Below are positions 13,425-25,109 of a DNA stretch of 64,000 nt, piece by piece. This DNA comes from Podarcis liolepis (Eukaryota). The notes under the pieces are model-generated. The model made no database searches. It was given only the letters and a program-made list of their open reading frames with translations, and had not been told where the DNA came from. Location of the stretch: the NCBI GenBank assembly GCA_965112155.1, contig OZ218111.1; one strand, given 5' to 3'. Each line of letters begins with the position of its first letter. The stretch's first letter is position 1. The translations under genes and the position numbers were made by a program.

Positions 13425-13675
13425 ATGCACATGGCAACTGTTTGTTAAGGGTTGTTATGGGTTGTTAGGAGACCCTTATTCCCCACACGAAGCTACAGTT
13501 TTCAGAGTGGGTTAAAAACCAACCCTTCTCCCCTGTGAACTCAGAGAATTGTAGTTCTGTGAGGGGAATAGGCTTCTCTAAACAACTCTTAACAAACTAC
13601 AAGTCACAGGATTCTCTGGGAGAAGCCATGGTTGTTCAGGTGGTATAATAATGCTTTAAAAGTATGGTGAGGTTC
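13425..13675. mobile_element. palindromic MITE (aactgtagtttgttaag family)
   Basis: Internal inverted repeats (tttgttaag / cttaacaaactaca); same family as 37644-37837 and 40299-40465. Confidence 0.6.
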
Positions 13676-14337
13676 TGACCCTATAAAGGTGTTTTCACAT
13701 ATGAAGTCACCTTTTCACCAGTCTCGAAGTGTTGTTTCACACAGAAGGAAAAGCAAAGAGACTGGCTATTCGTAACACAAATAAACATTTTAACCAATGC
13801 CGTCTTCATTTTTAAGTTTTGCATTGCAAACTCCACAGAAGCAGGAGCCTCACTTGTGAAAACTCTCCTTGCCGCGTGCCATATTTTTGTGTGTGCGTGT
13901 TTTGTATAAACTTGTACATCATTGTCTTTTTGCCTGACAGTCGCAGCATTTAAAATATGTTGGGGGTGACACCATCCTTTCACCTAGTCCAGACATATAT
14001 TACACAGAGGATGTTCTCATAAACAAGGCGCTGCAGGCTCTGATCTTATCACTTGCCTCTTCCTTCTTTTCAGCTCCATTCAATGACATGCATTTCTGCT
14101 AAACTTTGCTCCAGTTTCTGCTCAGGGGGCATGAAGGGGGAGGGAATCACGCTAGGAGCAGCAAGCTATGCTGCAAATCAGGACGGGCAAGTCAGGTGCT
14201 GGAGGAGGGCAGCAGGGCAGCAGGCTTTGCAATGCAGTTTTCTTGCTGGTCCGAGCTAAATAAATAAATGAGGCCTTTTTCTAGGATATGTGATCTTAGG
14301 AAGCAGACATACTATATCTGCCCATTGTTCCATCTAC

Positions 14338-14702
14338 CTCAAGGACAGGAAACCTCATGACCAGAGACTGAATGTGGCCCTCCAGACTCTCTCCCTGGCC
14401 CCCAAGAATCTCCCCAGGCCACTTCCCTTTCCACCCCAACACTCTTCTTGAGCATTTTTGGCTTGGCTGGAATGTGCCACTGAAGTCTAATCATGCCTCT
14501 TGCTTGCCTGGACGGAGGGCAGTGTGTGACTGTGTGTGTAGAAATTAACTTGCTGTACAGATATACCAGTAACACCTGCTACTCCCCTCACATTTGTTTC
14601 TGGCCCCACCCACCCCTGACATGCAGCAGCAACCCACCCCCGGGCAAAAAAAAAAGTTTGCCTAGAAGTGAAAATGGCCCCCAGGCTGGGAAAGGTTTTG
14701 GA
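14338..14702. mobile_element. hAT/Charlie-like non-autonomous element
   Basis: gaatgtggccctccagactc...tggcccccaggctgggaaaggtt; shares blocks with ~25360-25628. Confidence 0.5.
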
Positions 14703-14929
14703 TGCTTGATCGAGCTTGATAACAGTAAGATTTAGCATCGGTGCAGCACTTCCAAGGCTTCAAAGCACTTCCTATGCATGGTCTTCTTGTAATCCTTGCC
14801 TCTTCAGACAGTGATAAGGAACCAGTCACCCTGCAGGAGCATAATTGGGTTAGATTGATGGGAGTTGGAGTCCACTCAATATCTTGAGGCCCACAGGCAC
14901 CCCACCACTGTCGCATGTAAAGTCCGTAT

Positions 14930-15082
14930 TGTCTCTCTCCAGCACACATTACAAATGGTGGGGGGCGGTGTCAGAGACCGAGAGAGAGGAGCTTCTGAGA
15001 GGGTTTGTGGCAGAGGCAAGGCTTGAATCAGGGTCTTCATCTTTCATAACCCAGCTTCTTAGTCACTACACTGTAGTGGCTC
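14930..15082 (-). mobile_element. old MIR/Squam3-like SINE fragment
   Basis: gcttgaatcagggtct...cttagtcactacac resembles the inverted tRNA head of the 26841 element. Confidence 0.5.
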
Positions 15083-15529
15083 GATGTTATGCCAGCTCAA
15101 CATAGTCTTCGCTGACTTGCAGCACCTCTCCAGGGAATGTTACCTGTGCCATCTGGAGACTTAACCTGGGGTATTTTGGGTGAAAAGCATGTGTGCTGCC
15201 ATTGAGCTATGGCCCCTTCTCTGTTGGTTGCAGTTTTGCAGAAATAATCTATTGAAAGTTAGTGGTCCCAGTGCTTAATCAAAGGACGCATGCCAAGCTA
15301 TGACTCTGGATTTAGTCCTTTCACACTGATTGGCTGAAAAGCTGTGATGTCACAGAAGCCATTGGCATGTTTGCAGATCAGCTACAGTGAGAGAGGAGGT
15401 GAGGCTGAATTTTACAGACTGATTTGGTCTAGTTTTTTTGGTTGCAGTTCAACTATATTTTTAAAAGTGATATGTGTGTGAGGGAAGTGGCACATTCTTA
15501 CTTTTTTATTCGGGCAATTTGCACCATGC

Positions 15530-15860
15530 TTTTCATTTTCTCCAGCAATATAACAGTTTTAAAAAGCAGATGTTAGCAACCTTTTTTTCCCTCCTAGTGG
15601 CAGCAACCAAGCTTTGCCAAAAGTTAATTCCTTACAATGAAATTAATCCCAGAGGTGTAAATATCTTCAAGATCTGCCAGGTCTTTTAAGATGTGCCAAT
15701 GGCAAGATCAGGCAATTAGAACCGTTCTCCATAAGTGCTGGAGCCTTACAACATTAATAGATCATTTTAATGGGGGCAATTTTTAAAATTTGTATTTAAT
15801 TTGCATGATTATGATGCTGAGTGTGCTGCGGACAGCTGAGTCAGGGGGAGAGTTATTGCA
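15530..15860. promoter_or_regulatory. putative conserved non-coding element
   Basis: Repeat-free, with dense TAAT/ATTA motifs (aattaatcc, caattag, attaatag, ttttaatgg, taatttgcat). Confidence 0.4.
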
Positions 15861-16743
15861 GCTATAGTCACTGTGTGTTGGTTTCAAGGATCTGGGACAG
15901 AAGTCTAAAACTGGGCACTCTTGCATCTTCTTGGCTATATGAACATTTTAAAGAAAGTGCTTTCCAACTAATGTATGACTGAAATCAGGGATGCCAGAAG
16001 TTATCCCTTACATGGAACTGTCCTGGTCCATCTAGGCCAGTATTTGGTTGAGCAGCTGCAGCTCTCCAGGATTTCAAGCAGAGAGATATCTTCCTCAACT
16101 TGAGACTCTTTAAAAGTGGGAGAGGCCAGAGATCTAGTCTTGGGACTGTCTGCATGATTTGCCACTGATGTTTGGACCCTCCCCTTGTCTAGAGCCAACA
16201 GATCAGATTCCTCACTGGCCATCCTTCAGTGAACACCACTTGATTCCATGTCTTTCTGACCTCTCAGTACCACTGCAATGCCCACTCTAAGTGCTTTCCA
16301 GCTCCAATCGAACTGCCAGTGAATATCCGCACAATCACTTGCGTGATGGATTTTGTTATCCGATCAGTTAATTGCCAAGCATGTTGTGTGTTTGTAGTAC
16401 TAAAAGTGTGCTGAATATTCTACGGTTTCTACACAATGATTTTGTATTCTATACAATTATTTTGCAGACATACTATGATGCCTTTCCCCCAAAAAAAGAA
16501 GCCACATCTTTTTATCCTCTTTGTTGTGGCCATTTCCCCTGGCTGTTGCCTTGTGGCTATTTCCCCTCTCATTGCTGCATCTTTCACCTTCTTGGATTAG
16601 TCATATAAGTGAGTCCAACCAGTCAGGGAACACAGGGTAAAGAGAACGTCACTGTGCCACAAAGCCAATGGGACTTAGCTATGTGGCAAATGAAGTCATT
16701 TTGGGGCAAAACCAAAAGTGGGGAATACAGATGAATGTGGGAT

Positions 16744-16744
<1 letters not shown>

Positions 16745-16788
<44 letters not shown>
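16745..16788. repeat. (TG)n microsatellite
   Basis: Directly visible. Confidence 0.97.
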
Positions 16789-16789
<1 letters not shown>

Positions 16790-17930
16790 GCAAATGGTGC
16801 CCCAAAAAATCATTATGAAAAAGAGCTGTGCATTCTTGAAATGTTCCCTAATAATGTGACTAGTGACAAAATACTCAGAATTCAGCCCCCAGCAGCATTA
16901 ACACATGCCTTTGGGTGTTTGTTTTTTTCCCCTTTTCCTTTTTGCCTGAAAACCTTTCCAAAAATAAGACCAATTGTTCAGAATAATAATCTTTCAACAG
17001 TAGCTCATAATCCTGCCCATGTCTCTCCATTTCATTCTTGTTCATGTAAAATGTGGTCTATAGAGAACACGGACTTCAAAACATTCCTGGCTTCCTTATG
17101 CGATCCCACGTCCCCCATTTCTTTGCTGCATTAGGTGCAAATATTGGGGTCCTTCTAATACTGAGAAGGAAAATATCACATCTCTTTTTTCCCCCTTCCT
17201 TCCCCCCCTTCCTCAATGAATTTATTTTGCTTACATTTTCACAGCCCAAGGAAACAGAATGCAATTTTTCCCCCCTAATCTTCCTAATGTAATGGAATTT
17301 GTTAGGATGAAACATGAGAACTTTGAACAACGAATTTGCAGTGTCGCTTCCCCCCGGAGGAAACGCCATTTCTGCTGTCTGTAACCGCTTTCATCTCATA
17401 CAAGATTGTTTGACTTCTGCCACACTTTCTCAGCTCTCCAGCCAAAGATTCTTTGCCTTCCTCTCCATCTCCTTTCTAGTATGAGCTGCTGTTTTTCATT
17501 TCCACCACCCCTCCCCCCCTAAAAAATAAAACCATTCTGAAGAGGATTAGAAATACGAGCTCTTCAGGCCATGCGCACCGCATCTTTGAGGAAATTCTCC
17601 AAGGAGATGTGCGTGTTTTCAAGTTGCTGGAGTGGGAATCCCATTTGATAATGGAAAAGTGCTCCAAGGTATGAATTGTGCCTCTGATGTTCCTCAACAT
17701 GCACGTCTGAAGTCCATAGCCACTGAACTTTCTTAAGGCTGGGGTTTTTGAAATTTGTTTTTCTATTCATCTCGCCAGACAAAATTTCCAGGTCTGGGGA
17801 TACAGACAAGCAGTGATTTGTTTTGGTTTTCCTCCTGTGAGAAGTGGCTTCAGAAGTCATAATGGGACGTGCAAGTTTATCGCTTGCGGGGGTGGAATTT
17901 AAGTGCAAGGGGCCATTCAAAAATAGGACT
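16790..17930. promoter_or_regulatory. cluster of putative conserved non-coding elements
   Basis: About 1.1 kb with no recognisable repeat, several retained CpGs, and TAATC/TAATG motifs. Confidence 0.35.
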
Positions 17931-18267
17931 CCCGCTCCACTTGCAGTCCAAAGCGATACAGTTCAAGAAGACTTTTGCCACTGCTTCTGCTGTTTAGGTG
18001 AACTAACATCATTGTCCTTGCCAGAACCTCAGTGAAGAATGTTGATCTGTTCTCTGTCGAAGAAACTGCAAAAGAATTGTGCCCTTTAAAGAGAGAAACA
18101 AGCCCCAAATGCATGGGGCAGCTTTCTAAAAACCAAAACAGTCTTCCTCAGCATGTTAAGATTTCCCCTCTCCCCTTCCTCAGTTTTGTTTCAGATATAT
18201 GCAGGTTTTCTGCAAAGCTCCAACTCAATGTCACCTTAATACAGGTAACTGCATAAGCTTGCACATT

Positions 18268-18415
18268 GTCCTGCTGGATCAGGCCAAAGGCCCATCTAGT
18301 ACAGCTTCCTGTTCCCCACAGTGGCCAATCAGATGCCTCTGGGAAACCAACAGGGAAGGAATGAGCACAACAGCCCGCTCCCTATTGGTGATCCCCAGAA
18401 TTTGGTATTCAAAGG
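18268..18415 (-). mobile_element. CR1-type 3' UTR fragment
   Basis: cctgctggatcaggccaaaggcccatctagtacagc...cacagtggccaatcagatgcc, same family as 12961. Confidence 0.7.
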
Positions 18416-18492
18416 CAGGTGGACTGATGGACTGATTCAACATAAGGCAGTTTCCTGTCCCTTGAATCTGCCTCCCCATGAGGGTTTTACTT

Positions 18493-19155
18493 GAGGGTGA
18501 GGAAATCTGCTTCTCTTGGTTTCTCTCAGATTCTCATTTTTCCAGTCTTTAGTTCAGTTCTCCACATTAGTTAGCAATTTTTTAAAAATTACGAAAATTC
18601 ACGAACATTTTAATGTGATTTTTTCTCACTATACATGCTTTCATATGACATTTTGCCTAATGGACACATTTTTATGGAACATGTTTTTCCTAATACTTTT
18701 TATTTCCCCTAACAGAATGCATTTTTATATGTTATATTCACTAATATAGGTACTCCTTACCTTAATATGGTGATACCTTGGTTCTCGAACTTAATCCGTA
18801 CCGGGAGTCCATTTGACTCCCAAAACCATTCGAAAACCAAGGCACAGCTTCTGATTGGCTGCAGGAGCTTTCTGCACTCAAGGGGAAGCCGTGTCAGATG
18901 TCCAGCTTCCGAAAAACGTTCGCAAACCGGAACACTTACTTCCAGGTTTGCGGTGTTTTGTTCAGGAGCCGATTTGTTCGGGAGCCAAGCTGTTCGGGTA
19001 CCAAGGTACCGCTGTATATGCATTATTGTGCCCATGACTTGGCAGGAGAACTGCATTGCAAAATTCAGAGCTGTGCAGATTTCAAAAGATAGCTGTGTTT
19101 CAGTTCATACATGTGAATTGTGTGCATTCAGCTTTAAATGCATACTCCATCCCCA
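18493..19155 (-). mobile_element. hAT-like element (TAGGGATG-end family) carrying a nested MITE
   Basis: Collinear with 31778-32197 (tttctctcag.ttctcatt, cacatttt, cattgcaa, tttaaatg, ccatcccc end) once 18768-19014 is removed. Confidence 0.65.
18768..19014. mobile_element. Tc1/mariner (pogo/Tigger-like) MITE, family A
   Basis: TA on both sides; imperfect TIRs tggtgataccttggttctcgaac / gttcgggtaccaaggtaccgctg. Confidence 0.8.
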
Positions 19156-19163
19156 GTTGCAGT

Positions 19164-19425
19164 ACATAAGAAGACCTTTGCTGCCAGATCACACTGAAGG
19201 CTCATTTAATCCAACATCCTATTCTCACAAGGGCCAAGCAAGTGCATACTGAAAGACCAGAAGCAGGACCTGAGAGCAACAGGATTCTCCCCTCCTGCAA
19301 TTTCCAGAAACTGGTGTACAGAGGCATACTGCCTTCACCAATGGAGGTAGAGCATAGCCAATGTGCCTAATATCCATGGAAAGCCTTATTCTCCATGAAT
19401 TTGTCTAATCCTCTTTTAAAGCCTC
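19164..19425 (-). mobile_element. CR1-type 3' end fragment
   Basis: acataagaag...ttccagaaactggt...ctccatgaatttgtctaatcctcttttaaagcc, shared with 30238-30755. Confidence 0.7.
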
Positions 19426-19511
19426 TCCCTTTTTTTCCTTCCTTCTTTCCTCTTCCCCTTGCAACTGCCAAAATTTAAGCCTTTTTGTTGTTGCATAGGT
19501 CGCTATATATA

Positions 19512-19850
19512 AGGGACGTGGGTGGTGCTGTGGGTTAAACCACAGTGCCTAGGGCTTGCTGATCAGAAGATCGGCAGTTCGAATCCCTGCGACGGGGTGA
19601 GCTCCCATTGCTCAGTCCCTGCTCCTGCCAACCTAGCAGCTTGAAAGCATGTCAAAGTGCAAGTAGATAAATAGGTTTCCCGCGGCGTTTCCGTGCACTG
19701 TTCTGGTTCACCAGAAGTGGCTTAGTCATGCTGGCCACTTGACCCAGAAGCTGTACACCGGCTCCCTCAGCCAGTAAAGCGAGATGAGCGCCGCAACCCC
19801 AGAGTCGGTCACGAGTGGACCTAATGGTCAGGAGTCCCTTTACCTTTACC
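19512..19850 (+). mobile_element. Sauria SINE, full length with target-site duplication
   Basis: tRNA-like head gggacgtgggtggtgctgtgggttaaacc with B box gttcgaatcc, tail ccctttacctttacc, and flanking direct repeat taggtcgctatata / tatgtcgctatata. Confidence 0.95.
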
Positions 19851-19929
19851 TATGTCGCTATATAAATCACTACGTGCTGATAGAGCTATGTGAACAATGA
19901 GCAATTGTGAACTATGAACCAACAGTCTA

Positions 19930-20045
19930 TAGAGCGTGTGCTTTGCATACAGAAAGTTCCAGGTTCAATACCTGACATCTCCATGTAGGGATGGGAAGAC
20001 CCCTGTCTAAAACACTGAGGAGCATCTACCAGTCAGGGTAGACCA
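19930..20045 (+). mobile_element. tRNA-Ala-derived SINE (Squam2-like), partial
   Basis: tagagcgtgtgctttgcatacagaaagttccaggttcaatacctgacatctcca. Confidence 0.75.
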
Positions 20046-21667
20046 GGGCCAGGGAACTTCCAGACTACAGACCTAAGCAGCCCACCAAGTCTTCCTCTGT
20101 GCCCTTCCAACCTTTGACTTGATGATCCAGGGGCAGGACAGTCAATGGGATAGAGCAAACATTCAACAACTAGCATACATAGCCAAGCTGGGACAAAGCA
20201 CTTTTGATGCCTGTTGCACAGGCTGCACTGGCCAGAGAAACCTCTCTGTCTGGCCCAGCACTATGATGGAGATGTATATTGTACACCCTCTGCTCAACAG
20301 GAAGATAGGTGCCTCTGTGTGTGCATCTGTGGCAACTGCATGTGGGCGATGGAGCCAGGATATTCTGATGCAATTGGCCAAAGATTCTGGCCAGATACAC
20401 CAGGCCAGTACAGCAGCCACTGCAGTGACTGGGCTCTCTGCTAGTAAACAGCAGTTCTTGAAACAGGCAGCTTCCAGTGCCCTTCAACTCTTTCCTTGCA
20501 CCGCCTCTGGGGGTCTGCTTTGTCAACGGACCTGGTGTTACCATGCCGTCACTCTTCCAGGCAGCCATAGACAGAGATTTATCCCTGACTTACCAAGGGT
20601 GAATGTCGACTGTGCTGTTTTAAGCTGTAATGGTGATTAAATCATAGAACATTCGCTATTGTGTGTCCCTCTGATTTTTATCTCCATCCTTTTCACATTT
20701 CTATTCACTAAGCGAAGGCATGAGGCTTAATGCAGTATTTCTGAAAGGTCCCTGGACAGATTTAGTGCTGGAAAGGAATATATATAGACAGCTGGAATGA
20801 GGTACCCTGTTTTTACTACAGCGAATGCCTTGTATTTTAATATGCTCTTCTAGCCAATGCTAAAATGCCTTCCTGGCATGTTCCTCCTAAGGTCATTGGT
20901 GTTATTTGGAGGTTTCAGACTTCCTAGATTTTGGCAGCACACTCCCTGGGATTTGGTAGATCAATAATGAAATTACAAATCCCAGATTGCTGTTGTGTAT
21001 GATACCTTTCTACACACACACAAAAGTGTAAAGGTGTAGAATTACCTGCTTTCCTTCAAAAGCAAAGACAATGATCTAGTCCTCATGAAGAAAAGACGTG
21101 GATGGAATCTGCAAGCAGTCACTGTATTTGAGGAGGTGCCACTGGGTCAGGAATAGAACTGAGTTATCATGCCTTATTCCATATGCTTTTCAGTCAGGTG
21201 GCACTCAAAGGAGTATGGGAACCAGCCCAGGAACAAGAAGACTCTGATTCAGAGCAGTTTAAATAGCTGACCAAATAGTTCTTAATGAGAAAAGAAGAAG
21301 CTCTGTTTCAATAAGAACACAAAACATTCTTGCTGCAAAGTCAATCCAGAACAGCCTTCTGATTCTGACAATGACCAGTCAGATACTACTTAGTACAAGG
21401 GTGACCAAGGGGGCTACCCTCCATATGATGCTGAAAGAAAGCACCCACCCTCCTTGACCACTGGCCAGGCTGGCTGAATCTGATTGGAGTTGTGGTCCAA
21501 CGACATCCCTCTTTGCCTTTCTCCAATCCCCAGTATTCAGTAGTATGCAAAGTGGCATGCTTTGATTCAGTGATTTGAACATCATGCCTAATAGGTGGCT
21601 TTTCCTCTATACTATTCTAGATCAGCCAATGGTCTCACACAGTAGAAGGCCGCTTTCTACTGCAACA

Positions 21668-21832
21668 AGGACCATAGCATACAGAAGGTCCCAGGTTTAA
21701 TCCCCAGCATCCTCAGGTAGAGCTGGGAGAGTCCCTGTGCCTGAAACCCTGGAGAGCTGCTATCAGTCGGTATTGCTGATGGAACAATGTTCTAACTTAT
21801 TATAAAGCAATTTTGTGTGATCCTCTGTTCCT
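21668..21832 (+). mobile_element. tRNA-Ala-derived SINE (Squam2-like)
   Basis: cagaaggtcccaggtttaatccccagcatc...gcctgaaaccctggagagctgc...tgttcct. Confidence 0.8.
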
Positions 21833-21975
21833 ATCCCATTTTTATTCATCAGACCTCTACAGTTCTATGATCCTATGACCTCAAAGTGGTATACATGGGA
21901 GAGGTCCATTGGTAGTCTCCCATCCATGGAGACTTGAGACCCAAAGTAACCTTAGCTTCAGCAAAGTGAAGCCAA
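21833..21975 (-). mobile_element. 5S rRNA-derived (SINE3-like) fragment
   Basis: The reverse complement contains gctgaagctaag...atggatgggagactacc, matching the 5S internal control region (gaagctaagc...tggatgggagacc). A paralogue lies at 44573-44685. Confidence 0.55.
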
Positions 21976-22759
21976 TATGATGGATGCAGCGTTCTGTGAT
22001 GTCATCATTACTGACAAAATAAATAAATAAAATGGACCTTAGTTCAGCCAGCCTTTTTAAGTATTCAGCCTGACCCAAGACCCAGATCAGCACTTTCCCA
22101 ACAGATTCAGGAGCTGCTATGAACACCTGGAGCAAACCAAACCCCAACAGTTGTAAGGTATCACCACACCATATTCTCCAACTCGCAGAAGAGGAAAACT
22201 GGGATGCTTATCCTTCGAGGTCGTGCTCCCATGCATGTCACATGACTTGTGCAAGAGCACAACACCACAAAATGTGCATCTTTCAAGGCTGAGCTCTCAC
22301 AGGAGTCAAAACAGGACATCCCAGGATCTAGTCAGAAGCTGGAATGTCTCCTGTAATTCTGGGATGTCCCATTCAAAGCAGGACAGTTGAGGGGTATGCT
22401 ACGCCTGTTATCTATCCATCCAAACTGATCCAGGAGATTATCAGGCTGTATTTTGGATGTCTCCAAGGTCTCAGGGAGCAAAGACTAAATAACCATTCCC
22501 TGCTTCTCAAGGCCTTGGGCAGAATTAGCCAAATAGCACAGCAGCCATTGTGACCAAAGAGATCCAAGACGCTGGTTTTAGAACCAAGGCTTTGCCTGGA
22601 TTGTCCCTGGGTCTGACTCAGTAGAAGGTCCTTCCTTTTTTTACTAAAGGTAGCCCAAGAAACTGATAATTGTGGTAGGAATGAGGAACTGAATCGTCTT
22701 ACTTGGACATCTGCTGCTATATGAACAGTACATTACGATGGAAAACTCCAAAGTTGAGG

Positions 22760-23180
22760 TTTTCTCCATCAAATCAACATTACAGACTTATAATGCATTC
22801 TTTAATTAGATGTCGCTATTAACTGGACTGTTGCGTGATTTAAATCTGGATGTTAATCTCCGTCATTCTACGCTGCCATAGTTTTTATGACATCGAGCGA
22901 GTGACTCCTTTATGTAGTAATCTATCTGAAAACCACCTTATTCCCCCCTCTTTCTTTTTTTAGAAGAATAAAGGACATGAGATTGAAATGAAAGCTTTTC
23001 TGAGTCCGTCCATTAGTAATTTTCTGCTTAGTATTTGAAAAATGGCTCGTTTTAATTGCTTCACAGAGGAGAAAGCTATCAAAGCTAATGCTCTTTCTTT
23101 CCAAACTTTTGTAATTATTTCTCTTGGACTCTTATTTGAAATGGCTTGAAAATATTTTCATTAAAATGTAGATTTTCCCC
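22760..23180. promoter_or_regulatory. strong candidate conserved non-coding element
   Basis: Repeat-free, with retained CpGs in an AT-rich context, ttaattag, tttttatgac (CDX/posterior HOX type), atcaaag (TCF/LEF type) and gtaatta. Confidence 0.5.
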
Positions 23181-23583
23181 CACCCTTCTCTCTCTCTCTC
23201 CTCTCTCTCTCTGTCTGTGTGTCTGTCTCTCTCTCTTTCAAATGGGCTTCGATTCCCCAGTGCTTACCCACCCACCCAACCCCCACTTTTTCTTTGTTTG
23301 GCTACTAGCTTTTAACTATGTATAGATGAAATCCAACATTTGAAAATAGGAATGAGGGGACATGTCATTAGCATTGCTAATATTGACTGGGATTTTATCA
23401 GGTTTGGATTTCATATCAAACTGCACGGTTTCCAAGGAAAACAATGTTTATGGGAATGTTCTCTCTTTCCTGCCACTCCCTGTCCACTCTCCGCCCAAAA
23501 AAGAAAAATTCTGAAGATTCACTCAAATAGTTTGACCCTTGTGTTTTCCCTCTTGAACTTTGTGAAGTCAATCTAATCCAGTA

Positions 23584-23824
23584 CAGTGGTACCTCGGGTT
23601 ACATATGCTTCAGGTTACAGATGCTTCAGGTTACAGACTCCGCTAACCCAGAAATAGTACCTCAGGTAAGAACTTTGCTTCAGGATGAGAACAGAAATTG
23701 TGCACCAGCAGAGCAGCAGCAGCAGGAGGCCATATTAGCTAAAGTGGTGCTTCAGGTTAAGAACAGTTTCAGGTTAAGAACGGACCTCTGGAACGAATTA
23801 AGTACTTAACCCGAGGTACCACTG
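23584..23824. mobile_element. Tc1/mariner (pogo/Tigger-like) MITE, family B
   Basis: Perfect 18-bp TIR cagtggtacctcgggtta / taacccgaggtaccactg with TA duplication; near-identical copy at 30327-30568. Confidence 0.93.
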
Positions 23825-23871
23825 TATCTTCTTTTCCACTGGGGCCAGCCATATTCTGCTTCGAATCATTG

Positions 23872-24045
23872 GAACATAAGAAGTTGCGTTATACTGAATC
23901 AGACCATTGATCTATCTAGGTCAGTATTGTCCACACTGACTAGCAAGAGCTCTCCAGGGATTCATTCAGGCAGGGCACCTTTCCCAGGCCTACCTGGGAT
24001 GTGCAGGAGGTTGAACGTGGGGCCAAATCAGGTGCTCTATCACTG
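23872..24045 (-). mobile_element. tRNA-Ala-derived SINE (Squam2-like)
   Basis: gaacataagaagttgc.ttatactgaatcagaccattgatctatctagg...ctctccaggga is the reverse complement of the family 3' half. Confidence 0.7.
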
Positions 24046-24765
24046 AATCCCTTTCTATTGTTGCTCCCTAGCAAATGGCATTCAGAGGCCTCTGAACCTG
24101 AAGATAGCCTCTCTGTAGCTTATTTTGTAGCCTCTCCTCCATGAATCAAAGGCTGTATCTCAGTGGAAGAGCAGGTGCTTTGCATGCAGAATATTATATA
24201 CTTATTTTAGATCCCACCTTTCTCACAAGGGCAGGTCCCAAGGCAGCTCACAGCATCGAGTAAAACACATGCATCAACGTAATTCTTTTTTTAATTACAA
24301 ACAAAATTTTAAAGGGGGGAAAAAACAATTTGAATGTTCCTGATATGAGAAGGTCCAAGTTATGGGCATGGTCTCACAGAGACCAAGTTGTCCCCACCAC
24401 TGTTCTCCTGGAAGTCCCCTAGATTCTCCTTCCCTCTCTCCTCTTCCACACTCCACTCAAGCCTTGTAGGGCAACTAGAGGGACCACTATGGGTTGCCAT
24501 AAGAAGAGGAAATGCAATGCCCCTCCCCCCCAAAAAAGAGAGGACTGAATAAAGCACACATATTTGCATACAATTTGCATATGTATAGTAATAGATGCAA
24601 AAATAGAAATAATTGCTATCTACTGAAAGCTGCAGCGTATCTCACCCTAGTGGGGAATACTGCAGCAACATGATTGGTGCACTTGTTCAGGTTTGAGGGC
24701 CTGAAGCTTTCTGTTGATGGGGAGCGATGTCTGCCCTCCCTTCTTATAGCTCTTTGCCTTTAAGC

Positions 24766-25109
24766 CAAACCCTCCAAGTGTCCCTGTTTTCCAGGGATGT
24801 CCCTGATTTAGAGAAACTCTCCCATTTTCTGACTGGATCCTAGAATGTCCCGCTTTTCCTTAGGATGTCCCTATTTTCATTGGAGAAATGTTGGAGGGTA
24901 TGGAGTTATCCAACCCCTGAACTGTCTGAAGGCAATCCTGTATAGGGAAGGGTTTTTTCAATGTTTAACGTTTTATTATGTTTTTATATATGTTGGAAGC
25001 TGCCCAGAGTGCTGGGGAAACCCAATGAGATGTGTGGGGTATAAATAGTAAAATTATCATTATGGAATGGGAAATCCCTATTTTCATTGGAGAAATGTTG
25101 GAAGGTATG
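24766..25109. mobile_element. composite non-autonomous hAT-type element containing an L2 3' tail
   Basis: Perfect 8-bp TSD ctttaagc (24758-24765, 25110-25117), TIRs caaaccctccaa / ttggaaggtatg, duplicated 35-bp right end (24868-24902, 25075-25109), and an L2 tail at ~24925-25062. Confidence 0.85.

Noticed and set aside
18767-19252. 161-aa ORF as a possible transposase or gene
   Set aside because: It reads through a MITE, a hAT-like remnant and a CR1 UTR, with no DDE or HTH features.
20119-20640. 173-aa ORF, the longest gap-free ORF in the track
   Set aside because: No recognisable domain, a non-ATG start, overlapping ORFs in several frames, and a repeat-rich setting; most likely chance.
21890-21975. 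5S rRNA gene
   Set aside because: Only the internal control region resembles 5S; it is diverged and joined to a non-5S tail.
24628-24668. CTCF site with an upstream motif on the - strand
   Set aside because: The core is mismatched (CCACTAGGGTGAG) and the TGCAG spacing is too short for the known upstream motif.
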